Shown piece after piece: positions 1 through 8,547 of a DNA stretch of 64,000 bases. The DNA is from a plasmid. The notes under the pieces were generated by a model. The model made no database searches. It saw only the letters and a list, made by a program, of their open reading frames with translations, and had not been told where the DNA came from. The stretch's first letter is position 1. Each line of letters begins with the position of its first letter. A program made the position numbers and the translations under genes. The stretch is from sequence record NZ_LR134454.1, one strand, 5' to 3'.

Positions 1-2
1 GC

Positions 3-3000
3 ATGATCTACGGCAACTGGACCGAGTTCCTCGACGAGCTCGCCGGCAGCGAGGAGCAGCCCGCCGCCGAGGCCGATCGCATCGTCGACTACTCGCGGCC
101 CTTCACCACCGAGTCCGAGGTGAACGGGCGCACCCGCCATACCGTCGTGATCGTGGAATCCGCTGAGCGCGCGCGGATGACGGACCAGGCGATCGCCTCG
201 CTCGCCGACGTCACGTGGATCCTGATGTCGCCGCCCGACGGCGTGATCGACTCCTTCCCGCACGCGGTCCTGCTCGACGTGGACCGGGCGGGCATCGTCA
301 CCCGCTGGGACTCGGACCTCCCGCTGGAGGCGCCCAAGGAGATCGCGCGGGCCGACTACCTCGACCTCGTCGACGCGCACACCACCGCCCGCAAGCTCGC
401 GCGCTGGGAGCTGGAGACCACGGCCTCGCTGCTGTCCAAGGAGCGCAAGGACACCGGGCGCGATTGGGCCGACCTCGTGCAGGTCGACGACCCCGGCGCC
501 ATCGACGTGGTCGACTTCTGGCAGCGCATCAAGCGGTTCGACGATCCGCGGCGCCTCAACTTCCCGATCGGCTTCGCGCCGGACGGGACCCGCATCTTCC
601 TCAACATGCGCGAGGCGAGCCAGGGCGGCACCGGTCCGCACGGCGAGATGATCGGCACGTCGGGATCGGGCAAGTCGGAGTTCCTCCGCTGCCTCGTGTT
701 GGACGCCTGCCTGTTCCACCCGCCGTCGATGCTCAACCTGCTGCTCGTGGACTTCAAGGGCGGCGCGACCTATCAGGGCATGGAGGACATCCCGCACGTC
801 GCGGCGGTGGTCACCAACCTCGAGAAGTCCGAGAGCATGGTCGACCGCATGATGGAGGTCATCACCGGCGAGCTCAAGCGGCGCCAGCAGCTCTTCGACA
901 GCGCCGCCGCCCGGTACCCGTCGTTCAACATCATCGGCCTGACCGAGTACGAGAAGGCCCGCGAGTCCGGTCACTGCCCCGACCTCGAGCCCATGCCGGC
1001 GCTGCTGGTGCTCATCGACGAGTACACCGAGCTCCTCGAGGCCAAGCCGGAATTCGTCAACATCTTCAGCCAGATCGGCCGCGTCGGTCGGTCCGTGGGC
1101 GTGCACCTGCTGCTCGCCTCGCAGAACGCGGAGATGGCGCGCTCGCGCGGCCTGGAGTCGAACATCCACTACCACATCGCGCTTCGCACCGGCACCGCCG
1201 GCGACTCGCGCGCGGTGATCGGCGTCCCCGATGCCAAGAACCTTCCCGGCAAGCCCGGCAACGGCCTCATCAAGACGCTCCACGAGGACGACCTGATCCG
1301 GTTCTACGCCGGTTTCACGGGCAAGCCCTACTTCGCGCCGGAGACGGCGCCGGAGCCCGTCGTGCGAGAGGTCGTGCAGCCCACCGCCGACGACCTCTCC
1401 TCCCGCGGCTTCACCGCGCGCCGGGTCGACATCCCGGACCTCGAGGCCGAGATCGTCGAGGACGACGAGATCGTGCGCACCGAGGAGGAACTGCTCGCCG
1501 CGCCCACCGTCTTCACCGTGGTCAAGGAGCTGCTCACGTCGGCGCCGGCGCGCCCCGCGTACAAGCCGTGGCTCCCGGAGCTCACGTCGACCACGCTGGA
1601 CGTCCTGGCACCGTCGCTCGCGGCGGACGCGTGGGTCGCGCCGAAGGTGACCACCCCCGCCACGCTGAAGCTGCCCTTCGGCGTCTTCGACGACCCGGCC
1701 AAGCACCAGCAGCCGGTGTGGGAGCTGGACCTCTCGGGCGGCCAGGGCAACGTGCTCATCTACGGCGCACCGCAGAAGGGCAAGACGACCGCCGCGATGA
1801 CGCTGGTGACCTCGTTGGCGCTCACCCACTCGCCCGAGCAGGTGCAGTTCTTCGTCGTGGACTACACCGGCGGCGGCTGGATGCGGCTCGAGGACCTGCC
1901 GCACGTGTCCCGGATCGCGACCCGGTCCGAGGAGGACGCGATCAACCGGATCGTCTCCCAGATGTCCGACCTGATCGACCAGCGCGTCAAGCTCTTCCGC
2001 AAGTACCGGGTCAACTCGATGGCCGAGTACCGGCGGCTGCGCAGCGACCCCGGCGCGGAGGTCATCACCGAGGACGCCTTCGGTGACGTCTTCATCGTGA
2101 TCGACGGCTTCGACGCCGCCGTCACCGAGGGCGGGGTCTTCGAGGACAAGGTGGCCGTGCTCGAGGCGCTCGCGTCGGGCGCCCTGAACTACGGCATCCA
2201 CTTCGTCATCACCACGGCCCGCAACACCGTGCTCCGCGGCCTCGCGAGCCACATGCACACGATCATCGAGGGCCGCGTCTCGACGGCCAGCTACGACATG
2301 TCCGTCGTGAACTCGCAGCGGAACAAGGCGGTGCCCGACAAGGCCGGCCACGTCATCACCACGGACCGGGAGCTGCTCGCCCTCGTCGCGCTGCCCCGCG
2401 CCGACGGCGACGTCTCGCCCGAGACGCTCAGCGTCGGCATCGAGGAGGTCGTGGATCGCATCCGCCGCGCCAACACGTCCGGCGCGGAGGCGCCGAAGCT
2501 GCTGGCGCTGCCCGAATCGGTCCTGCAGAGCGACCTGTTCTCGGTGCTGCCCGCCGAGGCCAGTGCCCGCGAGCGCGTCCGGCTGCCGTTCGGCGTCCGC
2601 GAGACCGACGGCGGACCCGCGATGGCGGACTTCGGCCGCGAGGCGCACATGTACGTGGTCGGCGAGAGCGGGTCCGGTCGGTCCGCGTTCGTGCACACCC
2701 TCATCGAGGCGATCAGCCGCCGGTACCCGTCCATCGACGACGGTGCCATCGCCCTCCTCGACCCCAAGCGCGTGCACCGCGGTGCCTTCGCCCCCAACCC
2801 GAAGAACCTCGGGCTGCACGGCTCCGACCTCTACGATTTCCTGCGCCGCTGGCAGGACAAGCTCGTGGACTGGATGGGCGAGGGGGAGACCGACCCGGAC
2901 AAGGTGACCTATCGCCGGGTGCCCGACACCGCCGACAGCGCCGCCCTCGCGCGCCGCGACTGGTGGACCGGGCCCGAGGTCTTCCTCATCATCGACGATT

Positions 3001-3359
3001 ACGACGCCGTCGTCGCCCGCGGGGACCGCACCAACCCGCTCACCCAGACGGTGAAGCTGATGAACGACGGTGTCATTCGCGGCTTCCACGTCATCGTGGT
3101 GCTCAACGACTCCGAGTACCTCTACAAGGCCAGCTCGGACCCGCTGATCCAGTACCTCGACACCCACAGTTCGATGGCGCTGGCCATGTCCGCGGACAAG
3201 TTCAACGTGAACATCGCAGGTGAACGCGGCCAGCGCTTCGGCATCCCCGGCCGCGGCCGATTCCACCCCGGACGCGGGGCGCCGTCGGACATCGTCCAGG
3301 TCGCCTGGAACGGCGTACGCAGGGACGAAGCGGAGTCCGACGAGGAGGTTTGGGGTTGA
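3..3359 (+). CDS. eccC: ESX (type VII secretion) FtsK/SpoIIIE-family ATPase EccC, 5'-truncated by window edge
   Basis: Three P-loop ATPase domains in translation: Walker A GTSGSGKSEF (domain 1), GAPQKGKTT (domain 2), GESGSGRSA (domain 3); Walker B LLVLIDEY (domain 1), FIVIDGFD (domain 2), FLIIDDYD (domain 3). Lies immediately upstream of PE/PPE/esx genes. Confidence 0.9.
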   Translation: MIYGNWTEFLDELAGSEEQPAAEADRIVDYSRPFTTESEVNGRTRHTVVIVESAERARMTDQAIASLADVTWILMSPPDGVIDSFPHAVLLDVDRAGIVTRWDSDLPLEAPKEIARADYLDLVDAHTTARKLARWELETTASLLSKERKDTGRDWADLVQVDDPGAIDVVDFWQRIKRFDDPRRLNFPIGFAPDGTRIFLNMREASQGGTGPHGEMIGTSGSGKSEFLRCLVLDACLFHPPSMLNLLLVDFKGGATYQGMEDIPHVAAVVTNLEKSESMVDRMMEVITGELKRRQQLFDSAAARYPSFNIIGLTEYEKARESGHCPDLEPMPALLVLIDEYTELLEAKPEFVNIFSQIGRVGRSVGVHLLLASQNAEMARSRGLESNIHYHIALRTGTAGDSRAVIGVPDAKNLPGKPGNGLIKTLHEDDLIRFYAGFTGKPYFAPETAPEPVVREVVQPTADDLSSRGFTARRVDIPDLEAEIVEDDEIVRTEEELLAAPTVFTVVKELLTSAPARPAYKPWLPELTSTTLDVLAPSLAADAWVAPKVTTPATLKLPFGVFDDPAKHQQPVWELDLSGGQGNVLIYGAPQKGKTTAAMTLVTSLALTHSPEQVQFFVVDYTGGGWMRLEDLPHVSRIATRSEEDAINRIVSQMSDLIDQRVKLFRKYRVNSMAEYRRLRSDPGAEVITEDAFGDVFIVIDGFDAAVTEGGVFEDKVAVLEALASGALNYGIHFVITTARNTVLRGLASHMHTIIEGRVSTASYDMSVVNSQRNKAVPDKAGHVITTDRELLALVALPRADGDVSPETLSVGIEEVVDRIRRANTSGAEAPKLLALPESVLQSDLFSVLPAEASARERVRLPFGVRETDGGPAMADFGREAHMYVVGESGSGRSAFVHTLIEAISRRYPSIDDGAIALLDPKRVHRGAFAPNPKNLGLHGSDLYDFLRRWQDKLVDWMGEGETDPDKVTYRRVPDTADSAALARRDWWTGPEVFLIIDDYDAVVARGDRTNPLTQTVKLMNDGVIRGFHVIVVLNDSEYLYKASSDPLIQYLDTHSSMALAMSADKFNVNIAGERGQRFGIPGRGRFHPGRGAPSDIVQVAWNGVRRDEAESDEEVWG

Positions 3360-3441
3360 GAAATTCGGACAACCAGGGATTGACGAAATTTGACAATTCT
3401 GTTTTAGTTGCAACTTGAAAATCAAGTAAAGGGGATAGCAG
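3360..3441 (+). promoter_or_regulatory. AT-rich promoter-like island upstream of the PE gene
   Basis: Local GC drops sharply. Sequence is ttgacgaaatttgacaattctgttttagttgcaacttgaaaatcaagtaaaggggatagcagGTG. It contains two TTGAC(A/G) -35-like hexamers (3380-3385 and 3390-3395), a GTTGCAAC palindrome (3408-3415) and an aaagggga Shine-Dalgarno before the GTG at 3442. Confidence 0.35.
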
Positions 3442-3729
3442 GTGGGCCTGAACGTGGCGCCTATTCAACTCTTGGCAGGAACCAACGAGGTCATGGCGAA
3501 TGTCGCCACCACCTCGGGCTTGATCGGTGGCGCGGCCGGCGCCATCGGCGCCGTCGTACCGGCGGGCATCGACGACGTCTCGCTGCTGGTCTCGGCCAGT
3601 TCCGCGGCGCACGCGGCGAACTTCTTGGCCACCTCGGTCGTCGATCACGCCGAGGTCGCGCAGTACGCGGTGAGCCTCTCGGCGGTGGCCTCGACGTACA
3701 TCATGGCCGACAACGCCGTGCAGTTCTGA
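3442..3729 (+). CDS. PE-family protein (ESX substrate)
   Basis: 95 aa, Ala-rich helical. PAGIDDVSLLVSASSAAHAANF resembles the PE-domain core (cf. PAAADEVSALTAAQFAAHAQ). Immediately precedes a PPE gene, as in ESX loci. Confidence 0.7.
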   Translation: MGLNVAPIQLLAGTNEVMANVATTSGLIGGAAGAIGAVVPAGIDDVSLLVSASSAAHAANFLATSVVDHAEVAQYAVSLSAVASTYIMADNAVQF

Positions 3730-3742
3730 CGAGCGTGACGTC

Positions 3743-5119
3743 GTGACTTTCCCAGCGCTTCCCCCCGAGGTGAACGTGGGGCGCCTCATGTCGGGCGCCG
3801 GCCCCGCGCCGGCGACGGCCGCGGCCGCCGCGTGGGCCTCGGTCGCGGCCTCCGTCAGCGCGCGGTCGGTCTTCCTGCAGTCGCTACTGCCGCGCCTCGC
3901 CGCGTCCTGGCAGGCGCCGGAGACGGCGTTGATGACACGCAACGTCGCGATCTACCTCGCGCACAACGAGGCGCTCCGGACGCAGGCGCTGCTCGCGTCC
4001 ACCCGGCACACCAAGCAGGCGGCCGACTACTCGGCCGCGCTGGCGGGCATGGCCCAACTGCCCGAGATCGCGACGAACCACGTGACGCACGCCGTCCTGC
4101 AGGCGACCAACTTCCTGGGCGTCAACACCGCGGCGATCGCCGCGAACGAGGCGCAGTACACGGCGATGTGGGCGCAGAACGCCGCGATGATGCTGACCTA
4201 CCTCGCGAACTCGACGGCGAACATGACGTTCGAACCCTTCATCCCGCCGAAGCCCATGGCCACCGCGATCGGCGTGCCGATCCCCGCCGCAGCCGCGGGC
4301 GCCGCCTCGGTCGGCGACGCGGTGGTGACCAAGATGACCCTCGCCGCACAGGGCGCGCAGGCCGTCGCCAGCATGCTGTGGATGCGCACCGCCGGCGGCG
4401 TGCTCTCCACCACGAAGCTCGGCCAGACTCTGCTCGTTCAGGCGCAGCGGTTCGAGCAGGCCGCGTCCAACGCCGCCACCGCGGCGTCCCAGTCGCGCGA
4501 GAACAGCCTCGCGCGCCCGACGACGGGGCAACAGCTCGGCCAGAGCCTCGTCCAACAGATCGGCGGGGCCGGCGGGGTGGCCGCCGGGGTCGGCGGCGGC
4601 GTGGTCGGAGTGGCCCTGGCCGGCGGCGGGCAGGCCCTGCAGACCGGGACCGGCGTGGGCACGGCCGTGACCGGCGGCGGCGTGGTCTACCAGCCGATGA
4701 GCGCACTGCTCGCGAACGTCAACCCCGAGAACCGCACCGGCACCGTCGGCTACTTCGGCGCCCGCCCGGGCTCGCCCGCCCTGGAGCGGATGTCCCGCGG
4801 CGAGCCCGCGCAGCGCTCCGCGTCCGCGCTCCGCGTCGAGCCCGGGACGGCCGCGCTGCCGCAGGTCGCCGCCCCCGCGAACTGGGCGACCGACGGCCTG
4901 ACGGTCGCGCCGCCGCCCCCGCCGGTCCCGCGCGTCGCCGCCGAGCCGCTGCGCCCGGTCCTCCCGACCGGGACGAGTGCGCCGGTCACGCGGTCGAAGG
5001 GCAAGCAGCGCGAGCGCATCGTCGTGCCCGATACCGCGGCGATGCCCATCTACCAGGACTCGGAGCCCGTGTACGAGTCCGTTCCCGTCGACGTCCCGTC
5101 GAGTGGGGAGGGGCGCTGA
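3743..5119 (+). CDS. PPE-family protein with Pro-rich C-terminus (ESX substrate)
   Basis: N-terminus MTFPALPPEVNVGRLMSGAGP carries the PPE motif at residues 7-9. Ala-rich ~180-aa PPE domain; paired with the upstream PE gene. Confidence 0.85.
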   Translation: MTFPALPPEVNVGRLMSGAGPAPATAAAAAWASVAASVSARSVFLQSLLPRLAASWQAPETALMTRNVAIYLAHNEALRTQALLASTRHTKQAADYSAALAGMAQLPEIATNHVTHAVLQATNFLGVNTAAIAANEAQYTAMWAQNAAMMLTYLANSTANMTFEPFIPPKPMATAIGVPIPAAAAGAASVGDAVVTKMTLAAQGAQAVASMLWMRTAGGVLSTTKLGQTLLVQAQRFEQAASNAATAASQSRENSLARPTTGQQLGQSLVQQIGGAGGVAAGVGGGVVGVALAGGGQALQTGTGVGTAVTGGGVVYQPMSALLANVNPENRTGTVGYFGARPGSPALERMSRGEPAQRSASALRVEPGTAALPQVAAPANWATDGLTVAPPPPPVPRVAAEPLRPVLPTGTSAPVTRSKGKQRERIVVPDTAAMPIYQDSEPVYESVPVDVPSSGEGR

Positions 5120-5172
5120 TCCCCACCATCCGCTCGGCCCACTACGACCACCTTTGAACTGGAGGAACCCTC

Positions 5173-5478
5173 ATGCCCCCGCAGATCTACGATCTCAACA
5201 CCGTGTCGCACGCGGCCGGTACCGCGAAGACCCACGACGTCGCTGCGACGACCCTCGCCAACATCAAGTTCGTCCGCACCACGGCGGAGGCCTACCGCGC
5301 CGCCAACAACGGTGACACCGCGAACAAGGCCACCGCGCACATGGAGGAGCTCATCGCCGTGTGCAACGCCGAGCAGCAGAAGCTCGAGGCAGTGGCCGAG
5401 GCGCTGGGCCGCAACGGCGGCCTCATCACCAGCACCGACGGCGACGCCGGCGGACTGTTCACCGGCTACGTCGTCTAG
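5173..5478 (+). CDS. EsxB-like small helical protein (WXG100-family partner, no canonical WXG)
   Basis: 101 aa, helical hairpin size, position directly upstream of the WXG protein. ggaggaa RBS 7 nt upstream of the ATG. No Trp-X-Gly motif present. Confidence 0.55.
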   Translation: MPPQIYDLNTVSHAAGTAKTHDVAATTLANIKFVRTTAEAYRAANNGDTANKATAHMEELIAVCNAEQQKLEAVAEALGRNGGLITSTDGDAGGLFTGYVV

Positions 5479-5507
5479 ACCGCAGATCACACCGAAGGGG
5501 AACCAGC

Positions 5508-5813
5508 ATGACTTCCGCTGAGCGCATCACAGTCACCTATGCCAGCTACGACGCGACCTCGGCCGGTCTCGCCAAGGCCTCGGCCATCGCCGATGCGAAC
5601 ATCGCCGAGCTGACCGCCAACAACACCGCGAACCTCAACGCGTGCAACTGGGTGGGCGTCGACCAGGAGAGCTACCAGCACGTCCACGAGATCTGCCTGA
5701 AGGCCAACGAGAACCTGGCCATGGCGATCCGTAAGACCGGCGTGAACCTGCAGACGGCTGCCGCGATCCACCAGGCCGGCCAGGCGCAGGCCGCGGGCCT
5801 CTACGGGATCTAG
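5508..5813 (+). CDS. WXG100 family (ESAT-6-like) protein
   Basis: 101 aa with a central W-V-G (CNWVGVDQESY), the WXG100 signature. aaggggaacc RBS upstream. Second gene of the esx pair. Confidence 0.7.
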   Translation: MTSAERITVTYASYDATSAGLAKASAIADANIAELTANNTANLNACNWVGVDQESYQHVHEICLKANENLAMAIRKTGVNLQTAAAIHQAGQAQAAGLYGI

Positions 5814-5880
5814 AACGACGAGGACGAGGCCCGGCCACCGCGCGTGCGGAGGCCGGGCCGCGTCGGAAGAGGAGGGGCGC

Positions 5881-6750
5881 ATGGCCGCGTTGACCGACGG
5901 CCCCGCGGCGAAGTTGTCCGCGTTCGCCGCCGACATCGATGAGCTGTTGCTGCTGATGCGGCTCTCGGACGTCAGCGAGCTGGCGCCGGTGGTCCTGGCG
6001 GTGCACCCCAATGTCTACCGGCCCGACGACCAGCTGGTCGTGGACCTGGCCGTCCTGCCCGGGCTGATCGACGCCGGCCTGGTGGATGCCACCGGATCGG
6101 TCGATCCGCAGGTCGGGCAGTGGCTGCGCGCCCTGCAGGCGCCGGCCGCCGAGGTCGCGATCCGCGTCTTCGACGGTGACGCGGTGCTCCGCGGGGCGGT
6201 CGTGCGGCGGGAGGAGCTGGTGGTCGTCGCCTTCCGCAACGACGAGCAGTTCACCGTCCAGGGCTTCCGCACCGACCGCGAGGACTTCGAATCGACGGTA
6301 GTCGAACCCCTGTGGCGGGTTCTCGGCGCGCGCGATCCCGCGGACTTCGAGTCCCTCACCGTCGACGAGGGCGAGCTGGCGGAGATCGTCGCGAGCTTCG
6401 ATCCGCAGGTCACGGGCGCGCGTGGCGAGCGCGAGGTGCGCAGCCGGCTGCGCGAGCACGACCTGTCCCAGCAGACGATCGACGTGCTCCTCGATGCCGC
6501 ACGGTACACGGGTCGCAGGGCTGAAATCGTTTATCACCGTTCGGATTCCAGTGGTGTTCGCACGCAGGCGGCGTGGGCCGTCGGGGTGATGGACACGGTC
6601 GCCGGCCGGGTCCTGTCGACCACCGAGCGCGGCTCGCAGGGGGTGCTCGACGTGACCCTCAGTCCCGGCACCCGGCGGCGGTTCGCCGAGGGGATCACCG
6701 CGCTCGTCGAGCGGCGCGGATGCCGCGGATGGTTCGATACATCAAACTGA
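5881..6750 (+). CDS. espG: EspG-family ESX secretion-associated chaperone
   Basis: 289 aa located immediately downstream of the esx pair, as espG is in ESX-1/2/3/5. Strong RBS ggaagaggagggg. Family assignment rests on size and synteny plus weak sequence recall. Confidence 0.65.
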   Translation: MAALTDGPAAKLSAFAADIDELLLLMRLSDVSELAPVVLAVHPNVYRPDDQLVVDLAVLPGLIDAGLVDATGSVDPQVGQWLRALQAPAAEVAIRVFDGDAVLRGAVVRREELVVVAFRNDEQFTVQGFRTDREDFESTVVEPLWRVLGARDPADFESLTVDEGELAEIVASFDPQVTGARGEREVRSRLREHDLSQQTIDVLLDAARYTGRRAEIVYHRSDSSGVRTQAAWAVGVMDTVAGRVLSTTERGSQGVLDVTLSPGTRRRFAEGITALVERRGCRGWFDTSN

Positions 6751-6827
6751 AAGCTCACACTGACTAGGCGTCTGACCTGGGTGTGTATTAGTCTGCAAAA
6801 GATTCTTCCAGCAAGAGAGGTGCAGTC

Positions 6828-8541
6828 CATGAGCGACGCAGCCACTAACGTTCGGGTGCCTTTTGTACCGCAAAACAGTCAGGGTGAGAGCGACGCGGAC
6901 GCGGCGATCCTGCCTTCGACCGACGCCGCCGTCCCCGTGGTGCGACCGTCCGTCCCCACGGGCGGCCCGCTCTCCGAGCCCGTGAGCGCCGAGTGGGAGG
7001 AGCCGGAGCTCCCCGCGGTCGATGACCTCGACGGATCCGCCGCTGTGCCCACCGCGCCCGCCACCACGCCGGTGATCGTCGCCGCGGACGAGCGCCCCAC
7101 CGCCGAGCAGCCGGCCGTCGTCGACGACGAGGCCGACGCCCCGAAGGGCGATGCCGCGACGTCCGATCTCCCGAAGGCGGACGCCCCGAAGCCGGACGCC
7201 CCCAAGGACGTCGCGTCGAAGGACGACGCCCCCAAGGCCGACGCGCCCGCGACACCGTCGACCCCCCAGGCGGCCAAGCCAGTGCCGGCCCCGGCCCCCG
7301 TGCCGCAGCCGCAGCAGCAGTGGCAGGGCGGCCAGAACGGCTTCGTGCCCGCCGCGGCGCAGAACGGCCAGGCCGCGCAGGCCCCGTTCCAGGGCGTCCC
7401 GCCCACCGGCCAGTTCCAGGCCGCGCAGCCGTCCGGCCAGATCCACCGGCCGGCCACGCCGCAGCCCTTCGGCCAGGCGCCCGCGCCCGTGCAGGGGGCG
7501 CCCGCCCCGATGGTGCCGCAGCACCAGCAGGCCCCGATGCGCCCGATGGGCGAGTCGCTGGCCGCGCCGATGTCGACCGCCTCGTCGTCCTTCAACCAGC
7601 AGATCCGGTTCTCGGACGCGGCCGTGCGCGTGTCCGGCTGGCGCGCCTGGCTGCGCAAGATGGGCCTCGACGTGGGGCCCAGCGCGAACGACCAGGAGCA
7701 TGCGGAGCTGGTGCACCGCATTCGCGTCCCGAAGAACAAGTTCCACGTGACCAGCGTCTTCGCCGACAACGCCGGCGGCACCCTGCTCGTGGGCGTGCTC
7801 GGCCAGATCCTCGAGCAGACCCGCGCCGACAACGTGGTCGCGCTCGATCTCGATCCCGACGGCGGCGACCTCGACCAGGTGACCGCGTGGCACCAGGGCG
7901 GCTCGACGGCGCGCACGCTGATCCAGCAGAGCGACCTGTCGGACCGCAACCAGGTGGACAAGCACCTCGCCGTGACGGCGACGAACCTGCACGTGCTGCC
8001 CACGCCCTGGCGCTTCAACGGCCGCGACGTCACCGACTACGACGACGTCCTGGACCTGTACTCGATCTTCCGCCCGCACTACAGCCTCGCGCTGGTCGAC
8101 GCCGGCCGCGGCCTGCAGACCCAGACGGGGACCGGCGTGCTGGAGATCTCCTCGGCGCTGATCCTGCCCGCCTCGGCCACCACCCGCGGCGTCCGCAAGG
8201 TGGCCGCGACGATCGACTGGCTGCGCCACCACGGCTGGCACGGCCTGTTGGCGAACACCATCGTGGTCATCAACCACACCAAGCGTCGGGGCAGCGTCTC
8301 GGTCGAGCAGTTCGACGAGCTCTTCCGCGCCGGGCAGAAGCTCCGCGTGCACGAGATCCCGTACGACCCGCACCTCGACTCGGACCAGCCGATCGACGTG
8401 GCACTGCTCCGCAAGCGCACGGTCCGCGCCTTCGAGGAGTTGGCCGCGGATCTGGCGGACGGCTTCAACTCGGGGTACGAGCCGCCGGCCGCCCAGAAGC
8501 TCGCCGAGCTGCAGCAGGTGCGCACGACAGAGGGACGCTGA
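6828..8541 (+). CDS. EspI/Rv3888c-like ESX-associated protein: Pro/Ala/Gln-rich N-terminal half plus C-terminal ParA/MinD-like (SIMIBI) ATPase-like domain
   Basis: Start chosen at the ATG with RBS agagaggtg; the ORF track begins at 6781. The N-terminal ~250 aa is low-complexity PAPAPVPQPQQQWQGGQ. The C-terminal domain resembles ParA-like ATPases, but the Walker A position reads DNAGGTLLVG (no GKT). Sits between espG and eccD, as Rv3888c does in M. tuberculosis ESX-2. Confidence 0.55.
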
Positions 8542-8547
8542 CGCCAG

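Noticed and set aside
215-2086. 623-aa + strand ORF overlapping eccC in another frame
   Set aside because: Arg/Pro/Gly-rich translation typical of an off-frame reading of GC-rich coding DNA. The eccC frame carries the Walker motifs.
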